A stretch of DNA of 64,000 nt from Acidobacteriota bacterium (GTDB lineage Bacteria; Acidobacteriota; Vicinamibacteria; Vicinamibacterales; UBA2999): positions 258 through 64,257 of the forward strand of contig JBKPAJ010000023.1 in the NCBI GenBank assembly GCA_046726375.1. The letters are read 5' to 3'. Position 1 is the stretch's first letter. Every line of letters starts with the position of its first letter. The notes below the pieces were generated by a model. That model worked only from the letters and a program-made list of their open reading frames with translations. It made no database searches and had not been told where the DNA came from. This document shows, piece by piece, positions 24,931 to 36,578 of the stretch. The translations under genes were made by a program, and so were the position numbers.

Positions 24931-25449
24931 CTACTTCATGCGAAGTAACCACTGCGCTCCTGCGGCGTCAGCGAGCGTCACGCTACTTTCTGTAATCTCG
25001 ACCACGCCGTAGCCCCTAACGGTCTCACCCACTTTCACAAGGTGCACGGTCACGCCATCCGAGATCACGGCAGTTCGCGCGGTGCCCGTCGTTCCGATTC
25101 CAGAGAGGCGCAGCGACGGGCCCGTGGCCACGGGCGCCGGTTGCGGTTCACTCGCGGGCGCGTTGGACATCGGAGCAGATCTCTCGGGCGCTGGCGCCAT
25201 CTCGCGCTCTCGCGTGCCAAACACAAACGGATTGCGCTTCGGAACCGGAGGCAGCGGCGCTGCTTGCAGCTTGAGATGCAGCTGTTCGTTGTAGGAAGTG
25301 CCGCTGGCCGTCTCGCGCGGTGTCTCTCGTGGCTGATCGCGCGGCGGCAACGCTTGCAATTTCGCAACGGGCGGCGACACGATCGACGCAAGCAGCCAGC
25401 CAGTGCTAAGCGAAGCCGCGACGATCAACGCAACGAACTTCGGCTGCAT
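24931..25449 (-). CDS. Hypothetical protein, PilP/GspC-like
   Basis: N-terminal TM segment, RNPF motif, Pro-rich linker, C-terminal L.GI...AVI...VKVGE...V.EI....V.L beta domain; start uncertain (25449 or 25464). Confidence 0.65.
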   Translation of the reverse strand: MQPKFVALIVAASLSTGWLLASIVSPPVAKLQALPPRDQPRETPRETASGTSYNEQLHLKLQAAPLPPVPKRNPFVFGTREREMAPAPERSAPMSNAPASEPQPAPVATGPSLRLSGIGTTGTARTAVISDGVTVHLVKVGETVRGYGVVEITESSVTLADAAGAQWLLRMK

Positions 25450-25494
25450 GATGGGAACCGGCACTATTCTACTGCGTTTGTGCTATGATTCGCC

Positions 25495-28741
<3,247 letters not shown>

Positions 28742-28749
<8 letters not shown>

Positions 28750-29701
28750 CCTCAAGCTCGCCCGCCGAGTCCTGCAAACCGAAGCCGCAGCCGTTCTCGC
28801 GCTCGCGGATCGCATCGACGAGAGCTTCGGCCAAGCGGTGGAGATGGTGCGGAACTGCCGCGGACGCGTGATCGTCACCGGCATGGGCAAATCGGGCATC
28901 ATTTGCCGCAAGATCGCGGCGACGCTTTCGAGCACCGGCACACCGGCGCTCTTTCTTCATCCGGCGGAAGCGGTACACGGCGATCTCGGCATGATCACGA
29001 GCGACGACGTCGTCATCGCGTTGTCCTACAGCGGCGACACCGAGGAGATCGTCAGGATCGTTGAAAACATCAAGCGGCTGGGCACGTGCTTGATCGTCAT
29101 GACCGGCAGCCCGAAGTCCACGCTCGCCAGCGCTGCCGACGTGGTGATCAACTGTGAGGTGCCCGAAGAAGCGTGTCCGATGAACCTGGCGCCGACGGCC
29201 AGCACCACGGCGATGCTTGCCCTTGGTGACGCGCTCGCGATGACGGTGTGCGTGGCGAAGGGCTTCAAGCCGGAAGATTTCGCAAACCTGCATCCGGGCG
29301 GCAAGCTCGGTAAGAAGCTGATGCGCGTCGAGCAGCTGATGAACGCCGGCGAGCAGACACCGTCGGTGGACAAGGCCACGCCGATGCGCGACGTGATTTA
29401 CGAGATGTCGCGCAAGGGCCTCGGCATGACCTGCGTGACCGACGGAGACGGCAAACTGCTCGGCATCATCACCGACGGCGACTTGCGGCGGAAGATGGCG
29501 ACCGACCAGAACGTGCTCGAGCTCCGCGCCCGCGACGTCATGACCCCGAATCCGATTACTATCCACCGCATGGCGATGGCGGCCGAGGCGCTGAACATCC
29601 TCGAACGCAACAAGATCACGTCGATCGTGGTGGTTGATCGCGATCGCCGCATCGAAGGCGTCGTGCACCTGCACGATTTGTGGCGCACCCAACTGGTGTA
29701 G
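28742..29701 (+). CDS. kdsD: Arabinose-5-phosphate isomerase (KpsF/GutQ)
   Basis: GMGKSG, HGDLG, APTASTT, HPGGKLG, CBS pair. Confidence 0.95.
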
Positions 29702-29708
29702 CACTCCG

Positions 29709-30926
29709 GTGGACCCGTCTTATCTGCCTTTCATCGCGGCGCTTCTCGCTTTGCTGGCCGGACTCGCCATCGGCAAGGCGTGGGAGCGCTACAAGCTGCG
29801 TGACGGCAAATGGATCGATCGCCGCCGGGCGCGCGACTCGCACCACTACGTCCTCGGCCTCAATTTTCTGGTGTCGGGACAAATCGATCTCGCCATTGAA
29901 GAACTGAGTCAGGCCGCACGCCTCGACGCCGAAGCGCTCGAAATCCACTTGATTCTGGGCAACGTGTATCGCGAGCGTGGCCAGGTTGCGCGCGCCATTC
30001 AGGTCCATCAGGCGCTGCTGCAGCGGCCGAAGCTGACGCGCGTCGAGCACGCGTACGTCTTGTTGTGCTTGGGCCTCGACTACAAGCGCGGCGGCTTCGT
30101 CGATCGCGCGCTCGAAGCGTTCAACGAGGTGCTGCGGCTCGATCCGAAAAACCAATACGCGCTGCTCTATCTCGAGAAGCTCCATGAAGAGCAGCATCAA
30201 TGGGACGAGGCGTTCGTCATCCGGCAGCAGCTCGTGGAATTGAGCGGACCTGACACGCAGCCGCGTAACCAGGCCATCCTGGCGTTTCTCGAGAACGAGC
30301 GCGGCGTCGAAGCCATGAAACAGGGTCGGCTCGAAGTTGCCGTGAAACACTTCGGCTCAGCGATCGATCTCGATCGCTCGACGACGCCGGCGTATCTGAA
30401 TCTCGGGGATGTCCGGTTCAAGCAGGACGATCGCGCGGGTGCGCTGGCGTCCTGGGATCGGCTCATCGACGTCTCACCGGATCGCGCGTATCTGGCGTTC
30501 GACCGGATCGAACGGCTCCACGATGCCAGTGGAGCGCCGCAGAAATTCGAAGAGCACTGCCGCCAGATTCTCGCGTCCAATCCCCAGGACTGGCGCGCCC
30601 GTGTCGCGCTTGGCCGCCATCTCGCGGCGCGCAACGAGCCGGTGGCGGCGCTCGAGTTCCTCTTCGAGGCGCTCGCGCACAACCCGCATGGTCTCACGGT
30701 GCATCAGGCGATCTGGACGGTGCTGCTCCAGGTTGGGCTCGATCGCGCCCTGGTGCAGCGCTACGTCGAATCCGCGCGCGAAGCGGTGTTCTTCCTCGAT
30801 CCGCATGTCTGCGTGAAATGCCACTACCGATCGACGGAGCTGTTGTGGCAGTGCCCACACTGCCATGAGTGGAACACGTTTGTGGAAGAACGGATCGCGC
30901 CGGCCAAGGAGGCCGTCGAGATGTGA
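29709..30926 (+). CDS. lapB: LPS assembly protein LapB-like (TPR repeats plus rubredoxin-like C-terminus)
   Basis: N-terminal TM segment, LGN.YR.RG...RAI.VHQ, LG.DY...GF.DRA, CVKC...WQCPHC. Confidence 0.85.
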   Translation: MDPSYLPFIAALLALLAGLAIGKAWERYKLRDGKWIDRRRARDSHHYVLGLNFLVSGQIDLAIEELSQAARLDAEALEIHLILGNVYRERGQVARAIQVHQALLQRPKLTRVEHAYVLLCLGLDYKRGGFVDRALEAFNEVLRLDPKNQYALLYLEKLHEEQHQWDEAFVIRQQLVELSGPDTQPRNQAILAFLENERGVEAMKQGRLEVAVKHFGSAIDLDRSTTPAYLNLGDVRFKQDDRAGALASWDRLIDVSPDRAYLAFDRIERLHDASGAPQKFEEHCRQILASNPQDWRARVALGRHLAARNEPVAALEFLFEALAHNPHGLTVHQAIWTVLLQVGLDRALVQRYVESAREAVFFLDPHVCVKCHYRSTELLWQCPHCHEWNTFVEERIAPAKEAVEM

Positions 30927-30951
30927 GAACGCCGAAAGCCACGCGTGACGC

Positions 30952-31212
30952 TTACGAATCGGACGCCGGATGCTTGGGCCGGGGACGCCCAAGATCGGCG
31001 GCGACGGCGCGCAAACGCTCGCCGAAGGAACTCATCCTTTGTTCCGATAGCGGGTCCACCACTTCGTCGTCGCTTACCGCTTCGGCGCTGGCCGTGGCGA
31101 CGAGGTACGCACCCAACCACTCCGAGACTTCGTACACCCGACCAACTTCGTAGTCGCTGAGAGAGACGCCGTTGACGTCTCCCAATCGCGGCCGCGTAAT
31201 TCGAACTTGCAT
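30952..31212 (-). CDS. Small hypothetical protein
   Basis: 86 aa with ATG start and GAGG upstream; natural-looking composition (GRVYEVSEWLGAYLVA). Confidence 0.6.
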   Translation of the reverse strand: MQVRITRPRLGDVNGVSLSDYEVGRVYEVSEWLGAYLVATASAEAVSDDEVVDPLSEQRMSSFGERLRAVAADLGRPRPKHPASDS

Positions 31213-31543
31213 GTCTTACAAACCTCAAAACAGCCGTGTTTCCAAATCGCATGCCGTTACATAAACGTTTCTTTTCAGACACAAATGCGTTAAGTCCTGT
31301 GTTGGCAACACTTAAATCCCGACAGCTGATTGGCGGGTTGTAAGGTTTTCAGACACTGTCTCGCGGAATGCAGGCTAAAACCTGACTCGCGCCGGTCTGA
31401 TTTACCCCTTTAATTCACTTGGAGTTGATGATCGTGGCATTAAGCCGACCTCAGATTCGGGCCGAAAGTGGCATTGTTCGAACGTTCAACGCCGTTGGCG
31501 CTGCGAACTGAAGTGAGCTTGGGTTTAGGCTACGGATCAGCGC

Positions 31544-32002
31544 CTACTGCCAGCGCTTCCTCTTCGACGCGTGCCGCGCTTCGGCCTCCTCGATGGAATG
31601 CGACTTCGTCAGTTCGACATCGCGTTTCGCATTTTCCCCCAGCCGGCCATAATGCTCGTGCAGAACCTCGAGCTCGTGCTCCGACAGATCTTCGACCGAG
31701 ATCAGACGATTGCTGGCGCCTTCGAGTGCTGCCACGATCTCGTTGAGTTTCAGTTGCACGGCGAGCGAATGCTTGTTCTGCGCGCGCTGGATCAGAAAAA
31801 CCATTAGAAAAGTGGCAACGGTCGTCCCGGTGTTGATCCAGAGTTGCCACGTATCCGAGTACCGGAACAGCGGTCCGCTCAACGCCCATGCGACCACGAT
31901 TCCGAGTGCGGTCACGAAACTCGGCGTCGAGCCGGTGATTTCGGTGGCCCTGGTCGCGAAACGTTCCAGCGGCGACTGTTGTCGCATCTGACGAGATGGC
32001 AT
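31544..32002 (-). CDS. Low-affinity iron permease (Fet4-like) family protein
   Basis: YSDTWQLWINTGTTVATFLMVFLIQ..QN....A.QLKL.E; GGAGG RBS. Confidence 0.9.
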   Translation of the reverse strand: MPSRQMRQQSPLERFATRATEITGSTPSFVTALGIVVAWALSGPLFRYSDTWQLWINTGTTVATFLMVFLIQRAQNKHSLAVQLKLNEIVAALEGASNRLISVEDLSEHELEVLHEHYGRLGENAKRDVELTKSHSIEEAEARHASKRKRWQ

Positions 32003-32069
32003 GTCGTCCTCCGTTTGGCTCAAGCTGATACGCAGCGGCCCTCGGTTGGCGCGTCATCGACGAGGACGC

Positions 32070-33029
32070 TCAGTTCCATTTGAGGCCGCGCAACTGATCG
32101 AGATTGACGTTACCGCCCGACAGCACTGCCGCCACGCACGACCCAGACGGGAGTTTGATCAACCCGTGCAACAGGGCCGCCACTGGCGCGGCGGCGGCGC
32201 CTTCGACGACTAGCTTGCAGCGCTCCATGATCCAGATCATCGCGTCGAAGATGTCGCGATCGGGCAGCGCGACAATGTCATCGACGAATCGTTGAACGAC
32301 GGAGAAGTTGAGTTCGCCGACGCGGCGCACGCGCAACCCGTCGATGATCGTCCGGCAATCGATCGTCTGCAGCGAACCGGCTTCCACGCTCATCTTCATC
32401 GCGGGCCCGTCGGAGGACTCGATTCCGATCACGCGAACGTTTGGATTATGGCTTTTGACGGCCATCGCGACGCCTGAAATCAGTCCTCCGCCGCCGATCG
32501 GCACGATCACGGTGTCGACCTCCGGCCAGTCCTCGACGATCTCGAGTCCAAGCGTCCCCTGCCCCGCGATCAGCTGTTCATCGTCGAACGGATGGACGTA
32601 GACGAGACCTTCCTCGCGTGCCAGCTCTTTCGCCTTCTCGTTGGCTTCGTCCCAGATAGTGCCGTGCAGCACCACTTCGGCGCCGTAGCCCCTGGTTGCG
32701 GCGATCTTCGCGGGTGTCGCGTTGGCGGCCATGCACACCACGGCGCGGATGCGGTGAATCTTCGCAGCAAGCGCCACGCCCTGCGCGTGATTACCTGCGG
32801 AGGAACAGACCACGCCGCGTTTCTTGTCGGCGTCGGACATCTGCGCAAACTTGTTGAGCGGCCCGCGAATTTTGTACGACCCGACACGCTGAAACATCTC
32901 GGCTTTGAGCCGCACATCGTACCCGGTGAGCTCGTTGAGTTGACGCGACGTCAACAGCGGTGTGCGTTTGATGTGCGGCGCAATGCGTGCGCGGGCGTCT
33001 TTGAAGTCCTGAACGAAGAGGGTGAACAC
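32070..33029 (-). CDS. Threonine/serine ammonia-lyase (PLP-dependent, no regulatory domain)
   Basis: KAEMFQRVGSYKIRG, SAGNHAQG, PIGGGGLI, SGGN; probable GTG start at 33029. Confidence 0.92.
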   Translation of the reverse strand: MFTLFVQDFKDARARIAPHIKRTPLLTSRQLNELTGYDVRLKAEMFQRVGSYKIRGPLNKFAQMSDADKKRGVVCSSAGNHAQGVALAAKIHRIRAVVCMAANATPAKIAATRGYGAEVVLHGTIWDEANEKAKELAREEGLVYVHPFDDEQLIAGQGTLGLEIVEDWPEVDTVIVPIGGGGLISGVAMAVKSHNPNVRVIGIESSDGPAMKMSVEAGSLQTIDCRTIIDGLRVRRVGELNFSVVQRFVDDIVALPDRDIFDAMIWIMERCKLVVEGAAAAPVAALLHGLIKLPSGSCVAAVLSGGNVNLDQLRGLKWN

Positions 33030-33034
33030 CCCGT

Positions 33035-33410
33035 CTATTCTGACCGCAACGCCGCCGCAGGGTCTATCCGGCCCGCCCGAGGCGATGGCACCGCCGCCAA
33101 TCGTCCCGCCGAGAACGCCGAGCTTTGCTGCGTGCCCGACCACGGCACTTGCGACATCGCCGCCGGATGCACCAAGCGCCATCCGAATGCCAGACTCGCG
33201 CGTGTGCTGGGTCACGGGATAGGCGACCAATACGTCGGTGCCAGAGAACGCAAGTAAAAACGCCACCGGTCCAAGCAGGGAGATCGCCAGCGAAAGCCGA
33301 GGCCGAGGCCGATTGTCCCGCCCATGCCGCATACAAATAGCTGCGCGCGCCGGAAGGTTCTCGGTGCGTAGCGGACATCCTGCCAGAGCGAGCCAGCACC
33401 TTCCCGTAGA
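33035..33410 (-). pseudogene. Internally deleted ADOP/ABC permease remnant
   Basis: LWQDVRYA.RTFRR, AYPVTQHTRESGIRMALGA and RAGRIDPAAALRSE* lie in different frames within about 380 bp. Confidence 0.8.
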
Positions 33411-33425
33411 CCAAAGGGCGCCCGG

Positions 33426-34049
33426 TTAATCGTTCCGGCCGATTGCGACACCGGCACCGGCAACAATCAGGAGGCTACCACTGACGCGATTGGTCAGCAT
33501 CCGGAACCGCGGCTGATGCGCCAATCGGCATGCGCTCGCGGCCAGATAGCCGTAACCGGCGAGGACGAGAAACTCGATGACTGCGGAGGCCACGGCGAGA
33601 ATCAGCATCTGCGGCGCGATCGGCCGCGTGGCGTCGATGAATTGCGGCAGCAACGCCGCGAAGAAGACAAGCGCTTTCGGATTCGCAAGCTGCAGTGCTG
33701 CGGCACGCAGCCACGTGCGCTGCGCCGTCCCGGGCGCGGTCGCACGAGGCGAGGACAAGACGAGTCCGGCGCCCGCAATGGTTCGGATGCCGAGAAACAC
33801 CAGGTAAACGGCGCCCGCATACTTCAGAGCGATGAAGACGCGATGGGACGCGAGCAGGACGGCACCCAGGCCAAGTGCCGAGAGAATGAAGTAGATCGCA
33901 TTCGCCGTGAGAATGCCGGCGTTCGCCGCCAGCGAGGCGCGGCCGCCGCGCGCCAGCCCGTGAGAAACCACGAAGAGCACGGCCGGCCCTGGCGTGAGAC
34001 ACAGGGCCGTTTCCGTGAGGACGAATAGAAGAAAGAGCTGCTGGTCTAT
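33426..34049 (-). CDS. LysE/RhtB family exporter; probable ATA start
   Basis: LTPGPAVL, LKYAGAVYL, NPKALVFF..LLPQF. The PGP motif is upstream of the first canonical start (GTG 33980). Confidence 0.88.
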   Translation of the reverse strand: MDQQLFLLFVLTETALCLTPGPAVLFVVSHGLARGGRASLAANAGILTANAIYFILSALGLGAVLLASHRVFIALKYAGAVYLVFLGIRTIAGAGLVLSSPRATAPGTAQRTWLRAAALQLANPKALVFFAALLPQFIDATRPIAPQMLILAVASAVIEFLVLAGYGYLAASACRLAHQPRFRMLTNRVSGSLLIVAGAGVAIGRND

Positions 34050-35485
34050 CGCTGTTTCTGCGGCTGCGACGTGGTGATCGGCCGATCGATCACGATCTGG
34101 CTGTCGATCGAATACTCGGTGAACGCCTGGTACATCTCGTCCCAGCTCTGCTCCGACCAGTAGACGGGCAAATGCGGCGCCGGGTTCCAGCGGTTCTTCG
34201 CCGAGTTGTCATATACGCCGATGCCGACGATCTTGCTGCCGGCCGGAATCCGCAGCGGCGTTTCGAGCTCGTAGTTGAACTGCCAGTTGAAGTCGAACCG
34301 CGGGACGTTGAGGATCACTTGATCGCGGCCGTCGGGATACGTCACGACCCACTTGAGGCTCTTGCCGCGAAGATGCATGTGCGGCGACATGTAATACAAG
34401 GTGATGTCTTCGGTTACGGGCGTGACGCCGATGATTTCCCAGTTTTCAGCGTAGGGCGGGATGTTCGGTGTCGCGCCGCGACGCCGGGTGCTGCCCTCCT
34501 CGGCGACGTACTCCACCTCTTTGCCCTCGACCCGATACAGCGACAGACCGCCCTTGTGCGTCGCGAGCGGATCGCCGGCCTGGCGAATCAACACTTCGTG
34601 GGTGACACGTTCCTTGTTGAACCAGATGCCGAGGCGCGTCCGATCCTTCTCCGGCTTACCGGTCGGGTTGTAATGAACCTGCCAGTTCAGATATTTGCCG
34701 GCAGGAATACGCTTTCCAACGTTCGGGCGATGCGTGTCAACGCCTCGGCCCGGCACCCACGACAAAAGCTTCGATGAGCCCGGCAAGCCCATCCCCTCGG
34801 TCCGCGGCAGACCCGCCGAACCGCGGTCGCCGACGATTTTGCCGTCGGGACCGATCAAACGGCCATTGACGATCGTGGTGCCCTCAGGAATATCGACAGC
34901 AAACAGGCCGGCGTGATGCACCACCGCGCGATTGCCAGGCCGCAGTTCGAGCGTCTCGGCAAACCGATCCTCGGTGAAGGGAATTGGCGAATAGAACATC
35001 TGCACGCCGAGTTCGCCTTCTGCGGGGATCTCGAACTCGATCGGCATCTCGAGCACGTAATCGGGCTCGGTGCCCTTCGTCCACCCGGTTGCGAACGTTG
35101 GCTCTGGCGGCAGATCCGCGTCGTTGCCTCTTGGCGCACCGGCGTCGACCCAGGCAGCGACGGTGTCGATTTGCGCCTGCGAGAGGCTCGGATCGTTCCG
35201 CATCTTGAGACTCTGCGACGAATCGGCACCCCAAGGGGGCATCTCGTGCGCGAGCACTTTGCTCTTGATCGCCTTGGCCCACGGCCGCACGTCTTCGTAC
35301 GAGAGCAGGGACATCGGGGCAACTTCGCCCGGCCGGTGACACTGGGCGCAGTGTTTGTAAACGATCGGTGCGATGTCTTTGGCAAACGTGGGCGCCGGAA
35401 CGGTTGGCGCTTCAGCGCTGCGAACGTTCTGCGAGGCAACCGCCACGGCGAGCGTGCCGAGCACAACCGAAAGCAGACGTCTCAT
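34046..35485 (-). CDS. Secreted heme-c plus PHM-like (copper type II monooxygenase-like) protein
   Basis: Signal peptide, CAQCH, VVHHA, QVHYN, PHMHLRGK, DEM; GAGGGGG RBS. Confidence 0.8.
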   Translation of the reverse strand: MRRLLSVVLGTLAVAVASQNVRSAEAPTVPAPTFAKDIAPIVYKHCAQCHRPGEVAPMSLLSYEDVRPWAKAIKSKVLAHEMPPWGADSSQSLKMRNDPSLSQAQIDTVAAWVDAGAPRGNDADLPPEPTFATGWTKGTEPDYVLEMPIEFEIPAEGELGVQMFYSPIPFTEDRFAETLELRPGNRAVVHHAGLFAVDIPEGTTIVNGRLIGPDGKIVGDRGSAGLPRTEGMGLPGSSKLLSWVPGRGVDTHRPNVGKRIPAGKYLNWQVHYNPTGKPEKDRTRLGIWFNKERVTHEVLIRQAGDPLATHKGGLSLYRVEGKEVEYVAEEGSTRRRGATPNIPPYAENWEIIGVTPVTEDITLYYMSPHMHLRGKSLKWVVTYPDGRDQVILNVPRFDFNWQFNYELETPLRIPAGSKIVGIGVYDNSAKNRWNPAPHLPVYWSEQSWDEMYQAFTEYSIDSQIVIDRPITTSQPQKQR

Positions 35486-35523
35486 GCCGCCCCCTCTTTT
35501 TGGACGAATCCGGCGATTTTACC

Positions 35524-35889
35524 CTATTTAGGCGAACATTCCGCCGAAACCATGGTTAGCGAGGTGAGATTCAGCCGGCTCATCGGAGTCGCCTTGTTCA
35601 GCAACCCTTTGAGCAGCACCGCTTGGCCGCGATGTTTGGGCAGATCGAACACTGCGACACCGATCAGCTGATATTCGTTCTTACCGCTCTTTGGAAATGC
35701 CGCGAGCTCTTTAGCGGAGGGCGCGTTCGCGTTGCTGACCACGGGGTCGGTCGCGTCTGTGAGCACCCACGAACCCGGAGTGGTTTCTTTCAGACATCCA
35801 GCAACCGCGACGACGTCCACTTTATTCGTTGCCGGGGCCTGCGCTTGAGGAAGAGCCAGGACGGCAAATACAAGAGCCAGACCGTTCAT
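35524..35889 (-). CDS. Small secreted hypothetical protein (two-Cys OB-fold-like)
   Basis: Signal peptide; VAGCL...W.LT.A...HRGQAVLLKG...MVSAEC. Confidence 0.75.
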   Translation of the reverse strand: MNGLALVFAVLALPQAQAPATNKVDVVAVAGCLKETTPGSWVLTDATDPVVSNANAPSAKELAAFPKSGKNEYQLIGVAVFDLPKHRGQAVLLKGLLNKATPMSRLNLTSLTMVSAECSPK

Positions 35890-35897
35890 GGCTCGTT

Positions 35898-36524
35898 ATG
35901 ATACGCGCAGTGCGTGCATTCGCAGCCACTCTCATCGGAATCGCGCTGAGCGCACTCACGGTCCTTGCGCACGATGCAGAGAGGACACGCATCATGTTGT
36001 CCTTTCAGCACGACGGCAGCTTTGTGCTCAACGTCGCGAACGATCCAAATTGGCTGCTGCTCCGCCTCGAATCGTTTGCCGGCGGAGCCGTGCCGGCCGC
36101 AATTACGCCCCAAGCACGCGACGCGCGACTGCAGGAGCTTGGCGCCGTATTCATCGATCGCGTCGTGTTGTGGGTCGATGGAGACGAAATACGGCCCGAG
36201 TCTGCTGAATACGATCCGGCGGGAGCCGGGTTCGTTCTCCGCGGGCGGGTGCCGCGGGAGGCGCGAACCTTGCGATGGCTGTATGGACCGGTGATCGATC
36301 CCTACCCGCTCACGATTCGACGTGCAGACGGGCGATCAACGACGGAATGGATTGAAGGATCGAACTGGAGTGGAGTGATCGATCTCTCCGGTCAGTTCCG
36401 CCGCGCATACCAACCCGATCCCGTCCTAATCGTTGTCGCAGTATTTGCGATCGGCGTCCTCTGGCGTTTGCGCTCTGTAAAAGGGCCTGCCCCATTAGTT
36501 ACCGCGAAAGACAAAACGTGGTAA
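35898..36524 (+). CDS. Exported/membrane-anchored hypothetical protein
   Basis: Signal peptide ending VLA-HD and a C-terminal hydrophobic segment; ATG at 35898. Confidence 0.65.
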   Translation: MIRAVRAFAATLIGIALSALTVLAHDAERTRIMLSFQHDGSFVLNVANDPNWLLLRLESFAGGAVPAAITPQARDARLQELGAVFIDRVVLWVDGDEIRPESAEYDPAGAGFVLRGRVPREARTLRWLYGPVIDPYPLTIRRADGRSTTEWIEGSNWSGVIDLSGQFRRAYQPDPVLIVVAVFAIGVLWRLRSVKGPAPLVTAKDKTW

Positions 36525-36576
36525 CCGTGACACGCCGTTGTTACCAGTTCTAACTAATCGGGCACGCCCTTTTACA
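36476..36576. repeat. MITE-like element with 26-bp terminal inverted repeats
   Basis: tgtaaaagggcctgccccattagtta versus the reverse complement of 36551-36576 (2 mismatches). Confidence 0.75.
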
Positions 36577-36578
36577 AT

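Noticed and set aside
32070-33332. 420-aa permease-threonine dehydratase fusion
   Set aside because: The extension is a frame-shifted ADOP remnant; the enzyme most plausibly starts at GTG 33029.
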